Assembly (NCBI GenBank): GCA_977018835.1
Contig: OZ361256.1
Location: 1,178,001-1,242,000 of the forward strand
Reading direction: 5' to 3'
Source of the DNA: Minutocellus sp. GHC0000111
Taxonomy: Eukaryota
Length of the DNA stretch: 64,000 bases
Both the position numbers and the translations under genes were made by a program. The notes beneath the pieces were generated by a model. The model saw only the letters and a program-made list of their open reading frames with translations. It was not told the origin of the DNA and did no database searches. Shown here piece by piece: positions 47,317-57,487 of the stretch; the stretch's first letter is position 1; each line of letters opens with the position of its first letter.

Positions 47317-47648
47317 TTTACTGTATTATTGCAATTGAGTAAAAGCAGCTGGGGTGTATGCCGTGGACGCCGAAAGCGAAGTGCAAATGTGTGGTGGAGG
47401 CAATCGACACGTCGGTATCCACCGAAGCGAAGGCGCAGGGAAGTGTCGGATTGCTTGCTTGAAGCATCGAGCAAAGCCGTCGCAAGAATTCCAATCGCTT
47501 CTTTTTGGGCTGATTTCGCCACTTCCGGGTTCTTCGCCACGCATGCAGCTCCTTTCTTCTTCTTGCAGCTTTCTCCTCCTCTCCTCGAAAAAGAGGGAAA
47601 GACTCTGGCGACACCGAATTGACGCGAGAAGACGGGATATCATCTCAA

Positions 47649-47761
47649 ACAACACAAGATGCCCATTACCACAACACAAGATTCCATTGCCGCCATCTAT
47701 CTATCTGGCAATAATAATTCACTGTGTCGAACAACACAAGACCAATTTTGAACAACACAAG
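47649..47761 (+). repeat. Four direct copies of ACAACACAAG
   Basis: Copies at 47649, 47671, 47731 and 47752. Confidence 0.85.
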
Positions 47762-47900
47762 GCAGGCCCAACCAGATTTCTTACACTGACTTTTCAGACC
47801 TACCTTTTTGTGCGATTTGCTCTTACCTTTCATCATTCACAAAGAGCCACTGTTCAACTTTCAACTTTTACACCTTCTTACTTTCTTAGCACAAACAAAA

Positions 47901-48429
47901 ATGCCTCGCAAATTGCACCACGCCAATGATGCGCCCGTCGTCAAGACGGCATTGGAGAAATCTTCAAATCCAAGTGAGTCGACATGAATGCTCCCAAGTT
48001 CTACATGGGAGTACCTCCGACGATGAAACCAACAACGTCCTCATCCCCAAGTGCAACGCCATCTACCCCAACCTCAAGGCCAATCCACCGGTCAAGCGCA
48101 TTCGCGGGCAGATGAAGCAGTGCCACGCCGAGTTCCTCTACGTGTCTCTGGACAATGACAAGGCAGCCCAGAAGAACGCCGCGAGGAAGGTCAAATTCCA
48201 CGTTGTCCCTTTCCACGATAAGCTTCGCAAGGTGCTGATCCAAAAGTGCCTCAAGTCTCCAGGAGAACGTTGCATCCTGGTCCTGGACTACCATCGCACA
48301 ATGCTGCAGGGAGGCGACAAGGACGTGACCAAGGCCATCATCAAGGATACAGATGAAGGCAAGAATTTTCCCTACGAGAATGATGGCACGAGTGCGTCTC
48401 TTTGCTTGGCAGCCTGTTCGGTGATGTAA
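47901..48429 (+). CDS. Small basic hypothetical protein ending in CaaX (CSVM), 5' structure uncertain
   Basis: The ORF 47926..48429 body has coding-like codon usage. An ATG in aaaaATG context at 47901 is out of frame with it unless a short segment is removed. Confidence 0.45.
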
Positions 48430-48646
48430 TGATATCCCAAGTTGTCAATCATTATTGCTAGGAATTCCTACATGTACAATTGATTACATACGAATTATAA
48501 TTTGTGCTATGCATATCTCCGAATAGAAGATCACATTGATCTTCAATCAACGCAGCGTTTTTTAATCTACACATTGAATAGATCATAATTAACCAGAATA
48601 GAAGATGTATCAGGACCTACAATTATATTCGTCATAACAAGCCTCC

Positions 48647-49999
48647 TCACCACTGCTCACCAACACTCTGCCCTTGTCGCTTACGACCTCTCCCCCCTCG
48701 CTTTGCCACCGGCGTAAATCTCGCTGGGTCAAATGGCCTAAGATCGACGCTGGTACTCTCGCCATCCAGCACAAGTTCTGCCATCGCCTTTCCGCAAGCG
48801 GGCGCCCAGGCAATGCCCCAGCAGTTGTGACCAGCATTGATATAAGCTCCTTCGAATCCAGGAACACTCCCCATGTAGGGCTGAGCATCTGGAGGACAGG
48901 GTCGCATGCAAGCCTGGACACGGTCCAACTCTCCCTTGGCCTTGTAGGTGGCCGACATCTCCCGAAAGCTCGCACTGGCGGCCTCCACCCGAGATTCCTT
49001 TGCTTCACATACCTCCCGGAACGCACCAGCCTTGAGATCCTCTTTGGAAATGTAGTCACTACCTCCGATACCACAGATGTAGATGGAATCATCAGGCCGA
49101 GGATACACCTCAAGATGAGTTCCGAAACGATTGTCTTCACCGCAAAATAGAGCAGTTGCATCCACTTCGTCCATGCCCTCTGGCTTTTTCCAAACAATAC
49201 TGGTGGACTTGACTCCCTCCATGGGCAATTCGACAGCGCCTTGGAACCAATCCTCGGCAGCACAGGACCAAGGTCCAGCACTTACGATGATGTCATCGGC
49301 AGGAATGGTTTCAATAGTCCCATCGTCCGAATTTCGTGGCATGTATCTTACTCCCGTAATTCTTCTGGATCCGCGCTCACTGCCCTGCTCGGTATCAACT
49401 CCCTCGCACGTGCCAAGTCGAACCTCAATCTTATCTCCAGCCTTTTCCAGTGCCTTCTGAACGAACTCCTTGGGGGTGATCTGCGCCGTATCGTCGCCAT
49501 ATCCAAGGGCACTGATGGGACCGACGCTGCCGTCGAGCCAGCTGGGCATCAGTGGTCCGAGTTTGGCACTCTTCCGAGCCTTTTTGGCTCCACCCTCACC
49601 GCTGAAGCCGGGCCGGACGCTCAGCACGGGAAGCTTGCGGTATGTCTCACACCCCAACTCCTTCGCAAGCTTTTCGTACATGTCGAATGCAAGATGGTGA
49701 AGCTGCTGCGTGTTGCCGCCGTCGCCCCATGATCGTGCCATGAAACCTCCACCCTTGCCGGACGCAGCCGAGGCCGGTTCCTTGGCTTCCAGCAGAGTGA
49801 TTTTTGACCCGGCAGGAAGACTGGACGAGGTCGCCAGATGATAGGCGACGCTGGTGCCTTGAATTCCACCGCCGACCACGACGATGTTTTTGGGTGCGCC
49901 CGATGCCGCACTCATACTGAGACTGCTAAAGGCGTGGCAGGTTCTACCTCCAGCGAATACGAGGAGGGTAGCAGCGGCGGTACCAAACCGGACCGTCAT
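48647..49999 (-). CDS. FAD-dependent oxidoreductase, DAO family (yeast TDA3-like), probably plastid-targeted
   Basis: VVVGGGIQG, ASGKGGGF, QACMRP and GHNCWGIAWAP motifs. Presequence ending CHA-FSSL. Confidence 0.88.
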   Translation of the reverse strand: MTVRFGTAAATLLVFAGGRTCHAFSSLSMSAASGAPKNIVVVGGGIQGTSVAYHLATSSSLPAGSKITLLEAKEPASAASGKGGGFMARSWGDGGNTQQLHHLAFDMYEKLAKELGCETYRKLPVLSVRPGFSGEGGAKKARKSAKLGPLMPSWLDGSVGPISALGYGDDTAQITPKEFVQKALEKAGDKIEVRLGTCEGVDTEQGSERGSRRITGVRYMPRNSDDGTIETIPADDIIVSAGPWSCAAEDWFQGAVELPMEGVKSTSIVWKKPEGMDEVDATALFCGEDNRFGTHLEVYPRPDDSIYICGIGGSDYISKEDLKAGAFREVCEAKESRVEAASASFREMSATYKAKGELDRVQACMRPCPPDAQPYMGSVPGFEGAYINAGHNCWGIAWAPACGKAMAELVLDGESTSVDLRPFDPARFTPVAKRGGRGRKRQGQSVGEQW

Positions 50000-50240
50000 G
50001 CTGGTTCTTCGCGAGAAAAAATAATGAGCACGTGATTCGTCTGGCCGTCGTCCTAGCAAACGACGATGAGAAGCCGAAGCCTCAGAATCTGCCGAAGGCT
50101 GACGACGATCCAACTCAACTCATTGATTGACTTGAATTGGAGTCAATAGACCACGATATCACATACCTACCTTTACAAAGTCGCAAATTAAGTCTAATCG
50201 GTGTTTGTGATTGTAATTCCAAAAGTTTGCTCGAAATAAA

Positions 50241-52033
50241 ATGCTCCAAACTGCAACAACACGAAAGAGGTTCTCGGCGTATCTTGGATTGCTGACGGCT
50301 GCGGCGCTTCTGGTTCAACAACATGCCGATGCTGTACCTAGCAAGACCCTGACGGGTTCCTCCATGAATCAACGCCTCGCTGGCATGGAATATGCGGTGG
50401 TAAGTGCTCTCATGCCTGACGATGTGTATGTCATGTGCCATGTCTTGCTTGCAGGCCGCTCGACGTTCTGCCTGATACATGCGTGATTTCGGCGGTTCGG
50501 TTTTCTGTTTTCCCAACTCGCAATTGCAATACTGGGTTCTCTTTGCGCCTCTAGTCTACCATCGCTTTCGCATTGAACACCAAACTCACATACACGATAC
50601 TCAAAACCTTATTTGCGCAATCCACACTCAACTTGCAGCGCGGAAGTGTCGTAATCGCCGCTGATCGGATCGCTCATGAGCTCGAGGAGAAGACCGTTGA
50701 GCACCCCTTCGATCACATATTGTTTACCAACATTGGTAATCCGCAGAGTGTCGGTCAGAAGCCACTGACGTGGCCTCGGCAGTTCATGGCCTTGGCCGAT
50801 CTGCTCGATGAGGTGGGTGTCGACCATCCCCTGGCATCGGAAATGTTCCCCGCCGATGCCATCGAGAGAGCGAGAGAGATCAAGAAGGCCCTCGGTGGAC
50901 ATGGCACCGGGGCCTACACGCACAGCCAGGGTCCGCTGGGATTTCGCAAGGACATTGCCGAGTTTATCGAGAAGCGCGACGGTGGCGTCAAGTCGGACCC
51001 CAACAGCATCTTCATGTCCAATGGTGCCAGCGCCGCCATCCAGGACGTCCTCACGGCACTCATCGCCGATGAAGACTGCGGCGTCATGATTCCCATCCCT
51101 CAGTGTCCCATTTACAGTGCCACCATCGACCTGTTGGGCGGGCAGAAGGTTGGCTACTTTCTGGATGAGGAGAAGGGTTGGGATCTGAACATGAAGGAAT
51201 TGGAACGCGCATTGAATGAGGCCAGATCCAAGGGCACCAAGGTGAACTCCTTCGTTCTCATCAATCCTGGTAATCCCACGGGACAGGTCTTGTCCAAGAA
51301 GGCGGTACAGGACATTGTCCAGTTCTGCTCCAAGCACGGGTTGGTGTTATTGGCCGATGAGGTGTATCAGGAGAATGTGTACGACGAAAACGCTCAATTT
51401 TACAGCTGTAAGCGCGCCGCTGCAGAGACCGGCCTCCTTGACAAGAACGCCATTGAGTTGGTATCGTTCCACTCTACGAGCAAGGGCTTGTACGGAGAGT
51501 GCGGTCGCAGAGGCGGTTATATGGAAGTTGTTGGGTTCGATCCCGAAGTTGAGGGTCATTTGTACAAGAAGGCATCGGCAGCGCTTTGCTCCGGTGTGCC
51601 TGGTATGGTCATGACGGACCTGATGGTGAATGGACCAAAGCCAGGCGATGCCTCTTATGAGTCGCACGAGGCGGAGAAGAAGGCTATTTACGACAGCCTC
51701 AAGCGCCGTGCCAAGATTGTTGAGGTGGGTCTCAACAGCATCCCTGGATTCTCATGTCAGCCGGCACAGGGTGCCATGTATGTTTTTCCCAAGGTAACAA
51801 TGCCCGAGGGAGCCATCAAGGCCGCCAAGGAGCAAAATATGCCCGTCGATACCATGTATGCCGTGTCCCTGTTGGAGAGCACCGGTATTTGTGTGGTACC
51901 CGCCTGCGGCTTTGAGCAGGCGGAGGGACGGCATGGATTCCGCACCACTTTCCTTCCAAATGAGACTGAGATGGAGAAGGCCGTCGAATTATTCCGCAAG
52001 CATCACGAGGAGTTCTGCTCCAGGTATGCATAA
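50241..52033 (+). CDS. Alanine aminotransferase (AlaAT/GGAT family), exons 50241-50399 and 50639-52033
   Basis: EYAV|RG across a GTAAGT...TTGCAG intron. NIGNPQ, INPGNPTGQ, DEVYQ, SFHSTSKG (PLP Lys), ECGRRGGY and FRTT motifs. Confidence 0.93.
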
Positions 52034-52117
52034 TTTCTCGGAGGGAACTTGATAAGGATCTAAATCAAAACAATTAAGATTGATTTGTAAGAAAATTAAT
52101 GTACACCTATTTGACCA

Positions 52118-53338
52118 TCACCTACTGTCCTCAGCCCTTCGCCTCGCAACAAGAACCGTCGATATGGTATCATTCATAAATCCTCTCCCCGGCATCATAG
52201 TAGTAAGCACAATATCATCGGCTTTAAACTCCATCAGAGGAGACGGCCGATCGCACCAATATTCACAAATCATTCGAGCAGCATCCTCCGGCAGGCCCAG
52301 GCTGCGACTTAGAAATGGAGCGATGGATGTGCGATGCCGATGCAAGATGGCATCGGCCTCCTCGATAGTACTGTAGATGGCCGGTCGGGCACATCGCCGA
52401 CGTGCAGTGGCCTTGGAATCGGGACGACTGCGGACGATGGCACGGGAGGAGACAATGCGGATCTGACCGTGCAGTGCAGTGGTGGCAGCAAGCTTAGGAG
52501 AGTTACGTTGATTGGGATGACTCGACGTGCAAAGCTCGTTTCCAACAAAGTTCAGACGACCACCAAAATTGAATCCTGCTACCGATACAGCATTGTCGTT
52601 CTCGTCGTCTTCGTCCATACTCGATGGTTGGGTTGGAGCGGCAAGGAAAGACATGCCATCGATCCAGGCAGCATCGGCAATGGCCGATCGGCGATCCATA
52701 TTGACGATGCCTCGCAGGTAGATTTGTTTGGTAGTAGACGCCAATCCGGCGCCACAACTTGACGTGCTCGTGTCAGCCATGACAACATCTCCGTTTTCAT
52801 CAACACGTGTTGCTGTCAAAGAATTGGTCATGCAGCACTCCTCCAGACTGAGCGTCAGAGTGCTACCAGGCAGGACACGGCGATGAATTCTGGGTCCAAA
52901 CTTTTGGTCGATGCCGAGAAAGACAATGTCGTATGTGGCTGCTGCTTGTGCTACCGCTACCGTGGACGCGGAATTGCTTGTCGACAATGATATGCTGCTT
53001 GCCGACACAAGCGCCTCGATTCGCGGCACCTCCTCCCGAAAGGTAAGGGGAGGACAACGATATCCGAATCGACCGTAGGCCCAACCGGGGCATTCGTATC
53101 CTAGACGGACCGGAGCAGTCCGTTCTCCCCGGAGGCAATCGGTACAGAGGTAGTCACGAGCTCTGCCGCCGGCCGCCAAATTCGTGCTGGAATTGGCGTT
53201 GGCGGGGACGATGCCGAGCTTTTGACGGGTTAGGTTGGACGACGGGGTGGCACAGCGAGAGCAGCGGCTCACGTGCGGAGATATGCCACGAGATACAAGG
53301 GAGTTGAAGGAGGAATTCCTGGAATCGACGAGCATCAT
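52118..53338 (-). CDS. Hypothetical protein, start uncertain
   Basis: Long ORF (52118..53572) with two CxxC pairs near the N-terminus. No family recognised. Confidence 0.55.
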   Translation of the reverse strand: MMLVDSRNSSFNSLVSRGISPHVSRCSRCATPSSNLTRQKLGIVPANANSSTNLAAGGRARDYLCTDCLRGERTAPVRLGYECPGWAYGRFGYRCPPLTFREEVPRIEALVSASSISLSTSNSASTVAVAQAAATYDIVFLGIDQKFGPRIHRRVLPGSTLTLSLEECCMTNSLTATRVDENGDVVMADTSTSSCGAGLASTTKQIYLRGIVNMDRRSAIADAAWIDGMSFLAAPTQPSSMDEDDENDNAVSVAGFNFGGRLNFVGNELCTSSHPNQRNSPKLAATTALHGQIRIVSSRAIVRSRPDSKATARRRCARPAIYSTIEEADAILHRHRTSIAPFLSRSLGLPEDAARMICEYWCDRPSPLMEFKADDIVLTTMMPGRGFMNDTISTVLVARRRAEDSR

Positions 53339-53559
53339 GGTTGGCGGAGGGAACAAGTGACTTGAAAAATGAGAAGAATTGCGCTTCAGGTCGAACCCGG
53401 AAGCGTCCATCCTGCGTCGGCGATTTTGCAGCATCGCATTGAGCATTAGCATTGAGCCGACGAGGGCACAATTGGTGAACGACGAGTACTGATAGTAGCA
53501 GGCGGAGGGCACCATGTCAAGCGTGAATGGTAGGTAGATGGTAGTGTGGCACCGCTGCC

Positions 53560-54351
53560 ATGTACTTCGCAACGCATCTGTGCTACCTCGTGCTGGTTCC
53601 TCGACGGGAGTTCCTGTCGAAGACTTTTGTCACGTCCTCTGCAGCCGCTGTTGTGGCTGTACCCCCTGCGCCGGCATTGTCAGATACAAGCGCTGATGTC
53701 TGGCATGAAACGCCACAAGAAGGGACAGCTCTGTCTCTGAGAACAGCCGCAGTTGCTGCCCAATCCAACACTCTCGGTCAAATGGCCGTCTATCCCGATC
53801 CCATCTTGCGTCATGTCGCCTCTCCCGTCACCGACTTTGGCCCTTCTGTCGACAAAGTGGCCAATCTCCTCATTGACGGGATGAAGACCAACTCTACCAC
53901 GGCATTGCAGTATGGAATTGATGCCCGAATCATGGTCCTCAAGGGACCAGCATCGACCCTTGCCGATGGTGCTCCCCTCATTCTCATTAATCCGAATGTC
54001 CTGGCGCGTTCCGGAGAGGACAAGATGGTGCCCTGGGCCGAGCATTGTGGAAATTTTGTCCCAACAGATGGAGTGAACGCATTGGAAGTGGATCTGTTAC
54101 GAGACGAGGTAGTGGAAGTAGCCGCCCAAGATGTGAGGGGCATTCCCGTGCGCAAATCGTTGAGAGGAGAGGCAGCAAGAGCATTCCAGCATGAATTGGA
54201 CCATTTGGATGGCTTGCTGATTGTAGACCACGCCGATCTCGACGAGCTTCCAAAAGATATCGCGGAACTGGAGAGACCATATCATCGAGTCAGACAACGG
54301 AGAGCATTTGAGAGGAGAACGTATCAGGGGAACGAGCCGTTGTACCGATGA
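53560..54351 (+). CDS. Peptide deformylase-like protein
   Basis: YPDPILR, LINP, EHC (for EGC) and AFQHELDHLDG motifs. Motif 1 is degenerate. Confidence 0.8.
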   Translation: MYFATHLCYLVLVPRREFLSKTFVTSSAAAVVAVPPAPALSDTSADVWHETPQEGTALSLRTAAVAAQSNTLGQMAVYPDPILRHVASPVTDFGPSVDKVANLLIDGMKTNSTTALQYGIDARIMVLKGPASTLADGAPLILINPNVLARSGEDKMVPWAEHCGNFVPTDGVNALEVDLLRDEVVEVAAQDVRGIPVRKSLRGEAARAFQHELDHLDGLLIVDHADLDELPKDIAELERPYHRVRQRRAFERRTYQGNEPLYR

Positions 54352-55008
54352 TAGTTTGTTTTGTCTCTCTTTTTCCTCCTCTGCAATTCCAAATAAAAGA
54401 AATAGTGAGCTTTACATCTTCTTGTTCGTCCTTGGCATGTGTACCATTGCTATAGGCAGTGCCGTGGATTCTCTCGACCAAATCTAGTCAATAGGAATCC
54501 TACGTGTAGGCCTACATGTAGATTCTACATTACTTTACAACATGCGAAATGGAGGGCAGGCAAGTGCCTCTTGAAACAAACATGCATCGCCACATGGTAT
54601 GACCGCATACTTTTAGTCGCATAATCAAAATTTCTTGTGCTACTTGCTGCATGGCGGCACTCAGACTCCAGAAACTTTGGCGCCTTGGCGCAACTTCATG
54701 CTTCATCTTGGTCGGGCCTCCTTCTGTTGCAGACCCATCAAAGACTAAAAGAACCTGAATAATGATCTTCGTGGCGGTATATTTTGAATATTAGAGGTGC
54801 GCAGTCTTCGGAATGACTCTCTTACCATTAGGTGATTTGAAGAGTCACCGAAGCTCTTCCAAGTGAAAGTTGCGGACCTACTTGAAAATTTCACCTCATC
54901 GACCATTTCCCATGTTCACTTCCTCATCAGCTTACAATCACCGCATTCACAACGCTCACATCTCACACATACGTTCTTGATCCATAAATTCGAATCAATT
55001 CGTCCACC

Positions 55009-56088
55009 ATGAAATTGTCATGCTCCATCACTCTACTTGTCTTCACGTCGGCGATGGCGATCGCTACTGCAGATGAAAAGGCTGTTCACCACGCGCCCAT
55101 GACTACTTTGCGCGGAGGCCGAAGCCACACCTTGCGCAAGGGACGCCATCTGAAGAAAAAGAGAAACACCGAGACAAGCCAAAGCAGTGATGATCCTCAG
55201 GAAGGCCGCAACATCAACGCTGGTGGTGGCGCGAAAAAGAAAAAGAAGGCCAAGAGCAAGGGCAATGCCAAACAGGACATTAAAAAATCGATTACCCAGA
55301 CAACTGGAATGTTCAGTCAAATCAGTTCTCAGTTGAAGGAGTTCGAGAGTAAGAATGTTCTCGGACAAGGCCCTCTTGACCTAGGGGAAGCCAAGCAGGA
55401 AGGAGCGTTCGTGCCAGAGACGCCAACGACGTGGACTCCCCCCTCGAGCATAAATCAAGAGGAGGCAAAAGAAGATATGCCGAACGATGCTGAGACTCCA
55501 GGCAATATGCCGGAGGAGGGCATGCTTGAGAAGGAAGATATACCAAATGCTAGCATGCCCGAGAAAGAAGCCGATAGTGGCATGCCAGAGAAGGATATGG
55601 AAGGAGCCCCGGAAGTCAGTAAGCCAGAAATGGAGATGGAGACAATGCCCAATAATGGTATTGTTACCGTTGTGACGACGCCTGTAGTAGAGGAAAAGCC
55701 AGACGAAGGCGTTCCTGCTGAGACTAGTCCACCCGAACCGGTGATAGAGGTCAGTCCACCTGAAAAGACCACCACTGCGCCAGCAACACCGACAGCACCA
55801 ACTACTGTTACTACCGGTACTACTGGCACTTCATCTGGAAATGCTCTTGCCCAGCGCCCCGTTGCTGTCGGTGCCAATTGCGACTTGGAAGTTCCCAGCC
55901 TCGAAGCGAAAGAAAATCCCGCAACAACAACGAAACGTTGCAAGGCATCATGCGAATGCGACGAAGGATGCTGCATCGCATGGACTTTTGGATCCTTCTG
56001 CGCCGCGCCTCATCCATCTCGAGAGGGTCGAGCGGCCTTTGGAGGAGGATACGTGAAGTGCATGCCCCTAGTCGAGCCTTCACAGTAA
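55009..56088 (+). CDS. Secreted low-complexity protein with C-terminal Cys-rich domain (cell wall/extracellular candidate)
   Basis: Signal peptide, GRHL (RXL) motif, poly-Lys, MPE repeats, a P/T-rich linker and an 8-Cys C-terminal module. Confidence 0.75.
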   Translation: MKLSCSITLLVFTSAMAIATADEKAVHHAPMTTLRGGRSHTLRKGRHLKKKRNTETSQSSDDPQEGRNINAGGGAKKKKKAKSKGNAKQDIKKSITQTTGMFSQISSQLKEFESKNVLGQGPLDLGEAKQEGAFVPETPTTWTPPSSINQEEAKEDMPNDAETPGNMPEEGMLEKEDIPNASMPEKEADSGMPEKDMEGAPEVSKPEMEMETMPNNGIVTVVTTPVVEEKPDEGVPAETSPPEPVIEVSPPEKTTTAPATPTAPTTVTTGTTGTSSGNALAQRPVAVGANCDLEVPSLEAKENPATTTKRCKASCECDEGCCIAWTFGSFCAAPHPSREGRAAFGGGYVKCMPLVEPSQ

Positions 56089-56303
56089 AAAATGTGTTTT
56101 CCATGGCGTTAATATTTTTCGTGCCCCTGTAGACCTGATTAGATACTGTTGTAATGTCCAAGTAAAAAGAAAATATAGATGCTCTGTTCTTAAGATGCAG
56201 ATCGATCTAATTAATACTCAGACTCCGAGATTATTTATCTGAGATGTACTAGTACCTCCTTGCATTCAACGCACAGAAGGAAAAGAAAAAAGAGGAATTC
56301 CTA

Positions 56304-57056
56304 TTATGAAATGATGCACCTATGGTCTGCGCCTTCGCTTGGCTTCTTTCCGCACTTCAAAGCATCAACGTGCTTAATAAATCGGCCCTTAAATTCAGCT
56401 AGGCGGAACTGGAAGTCGATGTGCCACACAAAGAAGGGAATCTTCTCTTGGGGCATAAATTCCTTTCGAAACTTTTCTATCCCCATAAAATAAATGCAGC
56501 TTCCCATCTCGATCTTCGGTCCGAACTTCATAATGTACTCAATGACTGGCTTGAGATCCTCAGCCTTGAAGTAGGCCCGAAGTAAGAGAAGCGCCGTCGC
56601 CTCTTCCTCGTCCATATGCGGGCATATCATATCGCCATACTTCTTCCATTCAACGATAATTTCATCGAGGGTATCTCCCTCCTTCAACCCTTCGATGGCC
56701 TGCTTGACAAGCTCGCACTGAGCCTCGATCTTGGGATGGTCAGCTTCGAGCTTATCAGGATACCGAACGCGTTGCTTCATAAAGGGCACGAAGGAATCAT
56801 CCTCGTCGTGATGATGCCAATGAACGTGCTCAAAGTGCCCCGCGAAGGCGGTTTGGATGCTCTTGATTTCCCAATCGACGAGACCACGGCCGCGAGACTT
56901 GATGGCTGCGAAGGCTTCTGCGAGGAGAGCAATTTCGCCTTTTAACGCTCTGTGGACGGCACACCAACCATCTGCCTCGGGCAGGTAGTGCCACGAGCTT
57001 TCCTTGTCGGGCGGATAGTCGGGAGAAAGCTGGTATTCGGCAACATCGAAGGTCAT
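56304..57056 (-). CDS. Hemerythrin-like (HHE cation-binding) domain protein with C-terminal CaaX
   Basis: HRALKGE, HVHWHHHDED, LEADH and HMDEEE ligand pattern. The protein ends CIIS*. Confidence 0.82.
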   Translation of the reverse strand: MTFDVAEYQLSPDYPPDKESSWHYLPEADGWCAVHRALKGEIALLAEAFAAIKSRGRGLVDWEIKSIQTAFAGHFEHVHWHHHDEDDSFVPFMKQRVRYPDKLEADHPKIEAQCELVKQAIEGLKEGDTLDEIIVEWKKYGDMICPHMDEEEATALLLLRAYFKAEDLKPVIEYIMKFGPKIEMGSCIYFMGIEKFRKEFMPQEKIPFFVWHIDFQFRLAEFKGRFIKHVDALKCGKKPSEGADHRCIIS

Positions 57057-57487
57057 CTTACTACGTTGGTTCCAGTAGTTTTGTGTTGGGTTCGCGGAAG
57101 TACATGTAGAATTTGACTTTGGCCGCGAGCTTTTACCTCTGCGTACGTACGTATACGCATGTACTTTGCTGTTCGTCCTTCGTCGGGCAGTTGTTAGTTG
57201 GCGCATCTCGTCGCATGTCCATTTTTCCAACTCCCTCCCTCCGACTCCTGGAAGGAAGTTGTGTACCCTGGAAAGGAATACCACCAAGCCTGCTGCATTG
57301 CTGCTAGTCGCTTCGTCTGTAGTAATCCCCGACTTGTTTTTTTCTGAGCCTGTCTCGATTGATACTCTGGTCTCTTTTCATCACAACTTTTGAACACGAC
57401 CGAAAAGTCCCTCCGATAAGTTCCAGCACATCGCATTGCTTTTTTTCTTTACCCCGCAAATAACACAACACAAACACACAAGCAACC

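Noticed and set aside
47649..47761. ACAACACAAG repeats as a CRISPR-like array
   Set aside because: The repeats are only 10 bp with irregular spacing, there are no cas genes and the context is eukaryotic.
47974..47998. 25-nt GT-AG micro-intron restoring the frame of the CaaX gene
   Set aside because: It fits the frame but is far shorter than the other introns here and cannot be supported without cDNA.
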